Part shown: piece after piece, positions 40,761 to 52,287 of the stretch | Position numbering within the stretch: the first letter of the stretch is position 1 | Layout of the letters: each line of letters begins with the position of its first letter | NCBI GenBank assembly: GCA_040954595.2 | Contig: CM082576.2 | Location: 18,771,028-18,835,027, forward strand | Source of the DNA: Balanoglossus misakiensis | Taxonomy: Eukaryota > Animalia > Hemichordata | DNA: 64,000 bases | Direction of reading: 5' to 3' | The notes under the pieces: generated by a model | Database searches by the model: none | Told to the model about the DNA's origin: nothing | What the model saw: only the letters and a program-made list of their open reading frames with translations | Position numbers and translations under genes: made by a program

Positions 40761-41080
40761 TGAATCAGCTGTAAAAGGTCAGGAGTTCGCCGACTATTTA
40801 TTTACCTTGATGCATGCTGGGTAAGAAATGCGGGCGTTTATGAGAAGAGTCAAAGGTCATGCAGTAGGTCATGTGATTTTAAAATACAGCATTTCTTAGA
40901 GCTGAGATGTTATTTGAAAAAAAAATACGTTAAGATATCATTCACTTTATTTTGAAACGCCAAAATTCACCTTAAAGTAGTACCACAGATCGATCGGAAC
41001 GTTAAAATTTGTACTTGAGATGATGCCATATCTATCACCCAGCATGCATCGCAGTCACCGACGCTTGCACAGCTGATTCA
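40761..41080. promoter_or_regulatory. Putative bidirectional promoter with mirrored motifs (two Staf/ZNF143-like sites, two TGAATCAGCTGT)
   Basis: GATGCATGCTGGGT at 40809-40822 mirrors ACCCAGCATGCATC at 41037-41050. TGAATCAGCTGT at 40761-40772 mirrors ACAGCTGATTCA at 41069-41080. The region lies between divergent ATGs at 40677 and 41117. Confidence 0.6.
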
Positions 41081-41116
41081 CTAGATCATCAGATCGCTGT
41101 TCGTCGCAGAAGAGAC

Positions 41117-44100
41117 ATGTCGAGGGTCGTGCGCGGTCCATACAAGTGTTACCTAAATGATACCGAAGTCAGTATTCCAAAGAGAACCTTGTTTAGATGG
41201 CGAATTCGCGATAAACATGGTTTAGAGGTAAGTGTAGCTCTTTTTTACCACGGCCTGAAGTATGCGCCGCGCTTGCTGCAGCTGCAGTTCCGTAGCCTGC
41301 AACATTCCTCGATGTGTGTGTGTTACGGAAAGGTGCCCCTTCCGTAACACACACATCGAGGAAAGTTGCTGGCTACGGAACTGCAGCAAGCGCCGGGCGA
41401 AAACTGGCATTGTCTGTCATTTCTCGGTGATTGTTATAATTATAGGGTGTCATAGGTAGTGTATGCATTTTATTTCTGTTCTTTTTGGTTTTATTAAAGT
41501 CCAAAAGGCTAGCTTGTACATCTCCAACTCTTTGTCTAAATATAGCAGCATTTATGCTGCTGCAGTATTTTTTTAATTGAAAAATAATTTAGTACTACGA
41601 ATATTGAGGGAAAAAAACAAAAAAAAACAGGTCATTACTGACACCAGCCTACTTTTCTTTATAAGAACTATTAAAGCATTAGCACTTTCCTCTGAGATTT
41701 AGAATCAAATGATGTAATATGCATTATGTAGTCCCGCTATACTGAAATACATATCTTAACCACATTCTATTCATATCTTTCAGACTGATGATATCGCCAT
41801 CGACACTGACAGTTGTTCTGTAAATAGTGACTACCAATCTGAAAGTGGCAATGATGAATATTTATATGATGGTAACGCCTCTCATGACAGTTATCGAAGT
41901 GGACTAACTTTCTCTCACAGAGATACAGACATTGATGAATACAGCACTACAGAACCAGACACAGATGACTATTTATCAGCCGACGAAACATCAGATGATC
42001 AGACATCATTCATCATAGATGACCAAGTACCAGCTCAGGAAATGTCACATGTCAACTTACTGAGTGACGGAAGTGGAGAGATTGAAGAAAGTGAAGAAAT
42101 TATACACACACGCATATCAAACAAAAACACTAATGGGACGGGCACAGGAGAAAGTGGTGATGAATTGGTAGGTTCTGCTTTTGACTTTAAAAATTTTATG
42201 GTTGCCAATTTGAATTTTGTGCGGTAACTTACCTTAATCACTTATGATCTATGACTTTTTACATTATTTTGATGATTTACTTTCAAAGTAAGTGTACTTA
42301 CTGAAGGGTGTGCATTTACAACTTGAAAAAGTGGACATGGTGCAATATACACATTGATTCCTTGACAGAAACATGACAGTGATACACACCAAAATGTCTC
42401 TATTCTTTTAGCAATGTGACCAACTTTTGATCATCGGAAATTTAAAAATTGTTTATTTGTTTAGCTATTACAACATCGTTTAGTATTCCACTAATCAATC
42501 TGTTTTATATGTTAATGCAACTTAATACACATCGTTATTATAAAATACAAGTATGAAAGCTAGTGTCTCTATGGTTGTGAATGCATTTATTTTAATTCTC
42601 AAGGAGGCCTATTATTTAGAGCATGACCCCTGTTTTCAAAATCTGGTGATCAATGCATAAGAGATCAGAGTCTGTTTTCACAAGGTCAAATCAAGGTTAA
42701 ATGTGTCAGTCCTGTGAGTGTGACCATTGCATTGTTCATGTTATTTCTGGTTGTCCTATTTTTCTAAATGTACTACTATGTTTCTAATTCTCAGGGAGCT
42801 GAAGAAGGAACTGGAGAGATGAATGTCACAACAGAACAGCTTTGTCTACTTCTCCAGGCTTTTGTCCTCAGACACCGACTTACGAAAGATGCTCTCAAAG
42901 ACTTGTTGCACGTCATTAACCTGATAGCACCAGAAACTGTACCAGCAACACCATACTTTTTTAAGAACTGTTTTGCTGAGACAGCTGTGTCGTGTAAGAA
43001 GCACTTCTATTGCTGTAGTTGTATGGCATATCTTGGTTCCGAGGGCGAAATTCAAACTGACACCACTTGTGGTAGCTGTAATGAGCCTTTCAGTGAGCAA
43101 ATATCTGTAGCAAATAACAATTTTTTCATTGTAATGCCAATCAAGGACCAACTTGTAGATTTATTAGAAAATCAGAATATTAATAGTGAATTGTCAGTTT
43201 CAACTTTATTGGATGGCTCCATTTATCAAGATCTCCTTGAAAATGGTATCATAAGAGATAATGACTTAACCCTTCTCTGGAATTGTGATGGGGTCCCTGC
43301 CTTTAAGTCCTCTGGTTTCTCAATATGGCCCATTCAGTGTGTAGTGACAGAACTGACTCCAAAATGTCAAAAACAAAATATTCTCATGCCTGGCCTATGG
43401 TTTGGTCAATCCAAACCACAGATGGATTGTTTTTTGGCACCATTTGGTGAAGAATGTGTGAAATTGGGTAATGATGGTTTTACCTGGAGAAATCAAAGTT
43501 CTGGTGAGATAATCACAACATGTGTCCATGTGTTATTGTGTTCTTCTGATTCAGCTGCCAGGCCTTTGATGCGCAATTGCAAACAGTATAATTGGCAGTA
43601 TGGATGTGACTGGTGCCTGCACCCAGGGGAATACATAGCAAAGGGCAATGGTCATGCACGTGTATATAGTGTACAGGATCTTCCTCATCCTGAGTTGAGG
43701 AATAACGATCAGTATGAGGATTGTTGTAGGCAGGCGGTTGAAAGAGACCGACCAATATTGGGTGTGAAGGGACCCAGTGTGTGTATGTTGCTTCCCAATT
43801 TCGACATTGTGAAAGGGTTTGTTCCTGATTATTTGCATTGTGTTTTATTAGGGGTTGTCAGGCAAATCACCTCACTTTGGCTTGACAGTGAAAACAAGCA
43901 GAAACCCTGGTACTTAGCCCCTGCTAAACAACGTGTAATTAATTCCCGTTTGGTGCAGCAGTTTCCTCCAAATGAAATAACCAGGACACCACGATCGTTA
44001 GATTACAGAAAGTATTGGAAAGGTTCGGAGTGGAGGGCATTTCTCCTTTTCTATTCTTTAATTGTTCTGAGAGGTGTGTTACCTGCAGTTTTTTCTGAAC

Positions 44101-45011
44101 CATTGGTTTTTGCTGGTTTTTGGAATCCACACGTTACTTCAGGAAAAAGTAACAGCCCGCTCTGTTGATCTGGCAGAGCAGGCAATCAGAAAGTTTGTGA
44201 CTCAAACTGAATGCCTTTATGGGAAAGAAGTGATGTCATTTAATATGCACATTCTACTGCATTTGTCTAGTAGTGTTAGGGAATGGGCACCTCTCTGGGC
44301 TACATCTTCCTTTGTGTTTGAAAGTCACAATGGTGTAATCATGAAGCTATTTCAGGGTACTCAAAGTGTGCCTTCACAGATATCAAACACATTCTGTCTG
44401 TGGAGAGATTTATCAAGAAGATCCACAATTATACCACAGGATAGTGATCTGAGGCCACTATTTGACAAATTGTCTAGAGGAATTGTGCATTTAAAGAGGG
44501 ACTTTCATAGCTGCTCAGGGGTTGTGGCCATGGGAGCTGCTGACAAACGGATATAAGATTGACAGACAGGTTAGCTGTAGAGGAGGCTGTGGGCCACCCT
44601 ATCTTGAATGTGAACGCCAAATATTACAAGAGATTCACTATATCAGGTGCTGTGTTCACAACAAGTAGCTACACTAGGGCAGCAAAGAGAACGAACCATT
44701 ATTTTCAGGGACAAGATGAGCAATTGTATGTAATAAGAAACCTTGTAATTCTTAGGCTAGGTTGCATATGCCAAGGTGATTGTCACTGTAATGAAAGATC
44801 ATTCCTGATAGCCAGTAGGTGTTTAAGTGGGAGGTCAATGTTTGTTGACAATGAAATTGGCATACAGTGTACACATGTAAAACCACTGCGTGAGATTTCA
44901 CATGAAAGAATTGCTGTGCGACCGTCGTTTTTGAGACGTAAATGTGTAGTTCTTGGAATGGGTGAGTCAATTTACCTCTCACCACTCCCCAACCCTTTTG
45001 AAAGGGACTGA
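41117..45011 (+). pseudogene. EnSpm/CACTA DDE transposase, ~900 codons, two frameshifts
   Basis: Exons 41117-41227, 41784-42167 (acidic) and 42795-45011. Motifs CxxC...CxxC, WNCDGVPAFKSSGFSIWPI, CSSDSAAR, YGCDWC, DYLHCVLLG, WKGSEWRAF and SFVFESHNG. The frame breaks in a T-run at ~44090 and at ~44555. AATAAA at ~45148. Confidence 0.92.
41270..41392. repeat. Long near-perfect inverted repeat in transposase intron 1
   Basis: cgcttgctgcag...ttcctcgatgtgtgtgtgttacggaa pairs with ttccgtaacacacacatcgaggaa...ctgcagcaagcg. Confidence 0.9.
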
Positions 45012-45340
45012 TAAGGGCTGCAAAAAAAGTCTGTAGGTAGCAAACACTTACCCCAGTACTGTAGTTGAGAGTCCGTTTCTTCTGATTTGTATTTATATAC
45101 AGATTTGTATATGTACCAGTGTTTTGCAGATATCATTTTGAAATTGTAATAAATGAATTATTTACAGAGACATATTTGTCAAGTATTCATTCACAATATA
45201 AAATAGAATGATTAAGAATGAATAGCTGTGTGTTTGAGCTGAATGTATACTGGTATCTGTTTGCTCGGGGTGAACTGGTTACTTTCCATGGCCAAACGAT
45301 ACAATCTTCGCCTAAATCAAAATCCTTAGCGTCCGGTCAT

Positions 45341-46365
45341 GGTTGGCAATATTTTTCAATAGAAAATCTATTGACGGCAATAGAATTCAATAGAGACAGT
45401 GGATTTTTGTTAAAATACACTGTTCACATTGAAATGTATGTAGTTGGGGCAAACCTGACAAATTCATTTGTCGTTTTGTGTTGATTATGTGCACACATTT
45501 GCTAAAAACTAGGGGAAAATGTTTCTTTCACCTATTTCATAGTTGGCAATATTTTTCAATAGAAAATCTATTGACGGCAATAGAATTCAATAGAGACAGT
45601 GGATTTTTGTTAAAATACACTGTTCACAGTGAAATGTATGTAGTTGGGGCAAACCTGACAAATTCCTTTGTCATTTTGTGATGATTATGTGCACACATTT
45701 GCTAAAAACTAGGGAAAAATATTTCTTTCAACCATTTCAAGGTTGACAATATTTTTCAATAGAAAATCTATTGACGGCAATAGAATTCAATAGAGTCAGT
45801 GGATTTTTGTTAAAATACACTGTTCACAGTGAAATATATGTAGTTGGGCCAAACCTGACAAATTCATTTGTCGTTTTGTGTTGATTATGTGCACACATTT
45901 GCTAAAAACTAGGGGAAAATGTTTCTTTCACCTATTTCATGGTTGGCAATATTTTTCAATAGAAAATCTATTGACGGCAATAGAATTCAATAGAGACAGT
46001 GGATTTTTGTTAAAATACACTGTTCACAGTGAAATGTATGTAGTTGGGGCAAACCTGACAAATTCCTTTGTCGTTTTGTGTTGATTATGTGCACACATTT
46101 GCTAAAAACTAGGGGAAAATGTTTCTTTCACCTATTTCATGGTTGGCAATATTTTTCAATAGAAAATCTATTGACATCAATAGAATTCAATAGAGTCTGT
46201 GGATTTCTGTTAAAATATACTTTGTTCACAGTGAAATATGTGTAATGGGGGCAAATCTTACAAATTGCTTTGTCATTGTATGATAATCATGTTAAAACCT
46301 ATTAAAAATCATTTTTCACTTATTTCATGCTAGGTAATATTTTCAATAGAAAATCTATTGACGGC
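45341..46365. repeat. Right subterminal 200-bp tandem repeats (5 copies plus a partial)
   Basis: Units start at 45341, 45541, 45741, 45941 and 46141; each holds TCAATAGA-AAA-TCTATTGA. Confidence 0.95.
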
Positions 46366-46756
46366 TAGTTTAATGGAAATCATCTGTATAATTCTATAGA
46401 AAATAATATTCTATTGATTTTCTATTGAATTCTACACGTTTCTATAGAGGTCTATAGAGTTCTATAGAACCTTTTTCGTAAGGGTTGAAATGTGTTTTAC
46501 ATCTAAATGCATCGTTTTGGGAACATTTTCTAGTATGTATGTGATTATTAAATTGAACTTGTATATTTGCTGGGGCAACTAAATTTTCAGTAAAGATAAG
46601 GAATGCCCAATGTTCGGAATGTCTTCAAAAAGATGACAACAACTCAAGTCTCAAAAACTCTTTTGTTTTTAAGTTTGAATTGTAGTTGTCACATCATTAA
46701 CGACTTCACATGTGAATGCCAAATTTCGATTCTTAGCAAATGTTGTATTTTCACAG

Positions 46757-46910
46757 AGAGGAGTCCATTTCTCAATCATATCACCCCGCAAACTGCCTGA
46801 ACTCCAAAAACTTAACTTCAAAGCATATGGTGAAGTACAGATGGTACCAATGAAGGATTATGCGGCTGATCCACACCACATGATACTTCTCAAAGGTTAT
46901 CAACTTGCAG
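46757..46910 (+). pseudogene. MED25: MED25 exon, copy A (end of the VWA domain; open frame)
   Basis: RGVHFSIISPRKLPELQKL...DYAADPHHMILLKGYQL resembles MED25 RGIHFSIVSPRKLP...DPRHMVL. Confidence 0.88.
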
Positions 46911-47453
46911 GTAGGTATCTGTTGCTACGCAAATATTTGCAATCATACCATGATCTAGATTCTAAAGTTCACTGGTCAAATATATAACTTGTTTACGTGG
47001 TCATTTACAACCAATTCATCATTTTGTGGTTTGTTAAGATTTCCAGTACTCTAAATTGGTACTTCAATAAAATGGTTGTAATATATTTATTAATATTTAT
47101 TACACATCACGTATTATTATGCGCTCCTGGTTGGCTAATACTAAATATGACAGAAATTCATGACCTGTGCACACGATCTGAGGCTTATGGAAGTTATTGT
47201 CGTGAGTGATGCAGTGTATTCTGTTGCAGTACTTTCACAAGCCAGCCTATTATTCCCCATCATTTCATTGCATGGCCAATTAATTACACATCCTCCTGAA
47301 AATTGTTGGAAGGTGGGCAATCAATTTCCATGGTTACATCCTGGATGAAACACTGGTACAGGTTCAAGACAAGTTTAGTGACATTGTGTGAATCCACAGC
47401 AGAATTTCACATAAACTGTATAATCCTCCATTTTTGTAATGATTGTGTTTCAG

Positions 47454-48816
47454 AAAAATCTGTGTCAAGTGGTGATACAAAAGAGGTTGCCATAGTGAAA
47501 CCTACAACCATAGTAACCACTTCAGTGTCTACAACCACTACCACAACACAGCCACTGAAACCTGCAAACAGTTACCATGGTTACAAGGGCCTAGCTCTGG
47601 TATGACTTCAAATCCTCTCAAATCAACTGTTGGAAGTTCATCTTTAGGTAAAGTCTCCAGTGTTGCTTCCCAGCCATTGTCAAATTAAGTCCACACACAA
47701 TTAGACCACCAAGTGTAGTGTGAGATATAGTAGAATTATTAAGAGTATTGCCGTGTTGATCTTCAGTACAATATGAGTTAAAGTTATATAGCACTTTGTG
47801 ATCAGAAATTGACTCAACCAAGTCAACCCCAGATGCAGGGCCAAGGTAGAGGATATTGGTGCAGTTAGTGAAATATGAGAATGCAAAATTTAAGTGTAGC
47901 GTAACAGCTGTCTCCTTTGATATGCGAACATTTCCTGTCACAGAAAATTCCCGTTTTACAGTATATAAATATATCAACTAGATATTTTTACTGCAGGTGC
48001 CACACCAAGTCATCTGTCACCTGGACAACCAAGTCAAATTGGAAGTCCGTCTCCACAACATCTGTCATCCTCTCAACAGAAACTGAGTCAGTCCCAGATG
48101 CAGGGCCAAGGTCAAAGGTCATCAATGCCTTTTGCCCAGCCTACCAGTTTACCAAACCAACCAGTATCCACTGTCACAGCAAACAGGACACAACAACCCA
48201 ATGTGACTGTTTCAAGTATCCCCATGAGACAATTTTGTCCACCCAGGTACAGTTGTGGTCTACCTTCTACTTTATGAGATTCAAATTAGCTGTTTCTAGT
48301 TACCCATCCTGTGAATTGAAAGCTTTTTATGACTGTTTCACATAGCCTTGTGTTACCATTTTCTATACAGTAAACTATTGTTTCAAAACACATTCAAAAC
48401 TTCTGTTTTGGTTGCTAGAAACCCACTCTGTGAATGCAAAGACTCTTTTGGATAATGCCAGAGACTCAGTGATCAATTTCAATTTTTAATGAGATGTGTG
48501 TTGAAAATAGGACTTTGAGAGTTGCAAGCTCAACATCGAATCAAAAATTGAAGTCATGAATTTAAAATGGGGTTTTGAATACTGGCCTTGATAATGCTTC
48601 ATATTAACTAGGTTTGTTACTCTTTTTGGACAGGCAACTTCACCATCAAAGATGACTTCCCAGCATGCACCAGCTGCTGCACTAAAAGCCACAGAGGGTG
48701 TCATGCAAATGGTAAATGCTAGTCAGTTCAGTAAGATGCCACCAATTGCTGCTGTGAATTCTATCAACTCACAGCCAGAGCAGAGATGGCCAGGTACAGA
48801 TTCACAGCCACAAAGA
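47454..48816 (+). pseudogene. Decayed S/T/Q/P-rich exons, copy A (about 47454-47647, 47997-48246, 48634-48816); probably the MED25 linker
   Basis: AG/GT-bounded low-complexity segments directly after the VWA exons, with frame disruptions. Confidence 0.55.
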
Positions 48817-50413
48817 GGTAGGTACAGTCAAACCTGTCTATACTGGCCAGTCAAGGGACTTCCAAAACTGACATTTATAGACAGGTGGCTTCTATAGACA
48901 GGTCAATAAATGTGCAATGTACATGTACATGAAATGAAACAAAGTTGCCACTACATAGAGGTTGCAACAAACACATAGTTGACTGTCATATATGTTATGT
49001 TGCCATGGCAGTCATTTACCATGAGTTCGATTATACATTGCCAAAACCGGAGGAAAAAATATTCAAGTTCCCCTTTTCATATTCTCCATCAATGGTATAA
49101 TACGCCAGTGTCATGACCACACACAACTTCCACCCTGCTTGTAGCCACGAGAGTGAAAAAACCTCACCAATATGAACAATCGGTCTCTATCATTTATTCA
49201 TTTTGGGCGAGTTCTTATGCTCATATCATTCAAGCGGGATGGAAATTGTGTATGGTTGAACATTCATTCACTACATATACATATGTACATTAATATAAAA
49301 TGTCTCTTGTATCAAACATAATGGAAAAAAGGGCAGCAAGAGAGAGACTTTGTCCCTTTAATAGAAATGTGCATGTAATATTTTATTCAAACCATCACTT
49401 CTGTCTTGAACAATCTTTCCTTAATAGAGTGGTGTACTGATTAGAGAGATGTCTTATTGACAGGTTTCACTGTATTACCAACATTTTCAGTTCCATAATC
49501 CTTCAGTGTTTGCCAGAGAATTTGACAGCAGTCAAAAACTTTCTCTGCCATACTCACAATAAGAGAAAGCTTGCACCTGTGTTTTACTGTTAAATTACCA
49601 TACCACAAAAAAACAGGTTGTTTTTGCGAGCAATAAATTTTTCGCAAAATATGCGAGAATCAACAAACGTGAAAATAAAAAGTCGCGTAAAATGTTTTTC
49701 GGAGATAAAGATGCAATGAAATACGAGAATGTGAAAATTAATCCTCGCGTAACAGTTTGGTCTTTTAATGTCGCGAAAAATTTCCTTTCATGAAAATAAT
49801 CTGTTTTACAGTCCGGTAATATTGAATGTCAGAATGCTTTTGATGAGAGAACAATACACCAGTTGCAAAGTATCTTGACAAACATGAAATGATTGAATTC
49901 TCCGAAGAAGATATAATCTCGCAGTTGGTGTGTTGTTTCCTCATCAAAAGCATTCTGACCTTCAATATTATTCTGTTGAGCTATACATGCAATCTAGTCT
50001 ATATATGTTCAGAGGTGATTATATCATCCATAATAGATCCTAAATACTAAAAGAGCATAAAATGACTGCGACAGATACTTTGTAAGTTGTAACAGGTGGG
50101 AAATAAGAATTTGGATAACACAGTATTTTGGCTATTGTTGGGGAGCATGAATAAGTGATTTTGGAACCCCATGTAACACCTGTCTTACCATTAATATGAC
50201 TGCATTGATGGTACCATGAGGAATGCTAGTAAAATGACTGGGGAACCCTGGTTACATTACCCTGATCATCACTATGGTTCAGTCCGAAAGCATTGTTTTC
50301 TATGTTAAGGTTGGACCTCTGAAGAGGAAATTGGGGTGGAAGGGTAAGAAAAAACACTGACTGACAATACTGCCAATAACGAAATATTGTTTTTCTCTTC
50401 TCTTTGCATACAG

Positions 50414-51123
50414 CACACAAGAACAGAAACCTTGTATATTGATCTGCAACTCTCCTCCACATCCCTTGCCAAGTCAAGATAGTATTAATTACAGTGGATT
50501 TACTGCAGATCAATTGACTGCCATGTTGGGTAAGGTAAGCGATGTAAAACATTTCATACAACACTGCCTACTAACAATAGTCATATCAATCTGACAAGGG
50601 AAGATGAAAACAAAAACATCTTTTCAAACTAGCTTACTGTGCGGACCAATTTCATTAAGCCCCATTTAACAGGAATTCTGGTTTTATAATTAACTTTGAT
50701 TGATTGACATGTGTTTTACATCTAAATGCATCGCTTTGGGAACATTTTCTAGTATGTATGAGATTATTAAATTGAACTTGTATATTTGCTGAGGGCAACT
50801 AAATTTTCAGTAAAGATGAGGAATGCTCAATGTTTTGATTGTCTTCAAAATGATGACAACAACTCAAGTCTCAAAAACTCTTTGTTTTGAATTTTGAATT
50901 GTTTTTGTTGCATCAGTAACGACTTCACATGTGGATGCCACATTTGATTCTTAGCAAATGTTGTATTTTGACAGAGAGGAGTCCATTCCTCAATCATATC
51001 ACCCCGCAAACGGCCTGAACTCCAAAAACTTAGCGACAAAGCGTGAAATACAGATGGTACCTATGAAGGATTATGCGGCTGATCCACACCACATGATACT
51101 TCTCAAAGGTCATCAACTTGCTG
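50414..51123 (+). pseudogene. MED25: MED25 exons, copy B: 50414-50534 (open) and 50975-51123 (frameshifted)
   Basis: CILICNSPPHPLPSQDSINYSGFTADQLTAMLGK, then RGVHSSIISPRKRPELQK followed by a 5-bp deletion. Confidence 0.85.
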
Positions 51124-51820
51124 GTAGGTATATGTTGCTATGCAAATATTTGCAATCATACCATCCAGATTCTAAAGTTCACAGGTCAAATATATAACTT
51201 GTTTACTTGGCCATTTACAACCAATTCATCATTTTGTGGTTTGTTAAGATTTTCATTACTCTAAATTGGTACTTCCATAAAATGGTTGTAATATTTATTA
51301 CACATCACGTATTGTTATGCGCTCCTGGTTGGCTAATACTAAATATGACAGAACTTCATGACCTCTGCACACGATCTGAGGCTTATGGAAGTTATTGTCG
51401 CGAGTGATGCAGTGTATTCTGTTGCAGTACTTTCACAAGCCAGCCTATTATTTCCCATCATGTCAATGCCTGGCCAATTAATTACACATCCTCCTGAAAA
51501 TTGTTGGTAGGTGGGCAATCAATTTCCTTGGTTACATCCTGGATGAAACACTGGTACAGGTTCAAGGCAAGTTTAGTGACATTGTGTGATTCCACATCAG
51601 AATTTCACATCAACTGTATAATCCTCCAATTTTGTGTTTCAGAAAAATTGGTGTCCAGTGGTGATACAAAAGAGGTTGCCATAGACAAACCTACAACCAT
51701 AGCAACCACTTCAGTGTCTACAACCACTACCACAACACAGCCACTGAAACCCGCATCAACAGTTACCATGTTTACAGCATCTACCTCCAGTATGACCTCA
51801 AATCCTCTCAAATCAAATGT

Positions 51821-52287
51821 TAGTCTCGGTTACCCAGATGCCTTTGCTTCTTCCGATGCTCTCCAGAAAAGGGTCTGGGGAAATGCTATTGAAAGCTTTG
51901 TAAAACAAAATGGCCGATGTCAGGATTTTGATCATCGCCTGATTGGCTGAGCTGTCAGTATGACCCGGGTCACTGGCTCTCAACAATGTGTGATTTTTTG
52001 TCGTCTCTTCATATCAAGAGACCGGTACTTGTTGGTTGATGCGAAAGGCAAAAGGCGTCCTCTGTTAGCATTGTTGGAGAAATTATACGAAATATCTTTG
52101 GTAGACGATTGTCGAAACTATTGCGGTGACCCGGGTCATACTGACAGCTCAGCCAATCAGGCGATGATCAAAATCCTGACATCGGCCATTTTGTTTTACA
52201 AAGCTTTCAATAGCATTTCCCCAATTTCCCCAGACTCTTTTCTGGAGAGCATCGGAAGAAGCAAAGGCGTCTGGGTAACCGAGACAA
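51821..52287. mobile_element. MITE with ~155-bp TIRs and a 9-bp TSD, AcademH-like
   Basis: TAGTCTCGGTTACCCAGA...TCTGGGTAACCGAGACAA with TSD atcaaatgt/atcaactgt. The empty site is in copy A (47612-47635). Confidence 0.85.

Larger units (their letters stand above)
35630..46484. mobile_element. Full-length CACTA/EnSpm (CMC) DNA transposon, 10855 bp
   Basis: TIRs CCCTTACGAAAAAG(G)TTCTATAGAAC, 2-bp TSD TT, empty site in copy B (gattgattgacatgtg, ~50698-50713), subterminal repeat arrays and an EnSpm-type transposase. Confidence 0.95.

Noticed and set aside
45218-46084. Three similar short ORFs
   Set aside because: Translations of the 200-bp subterminal repeat.
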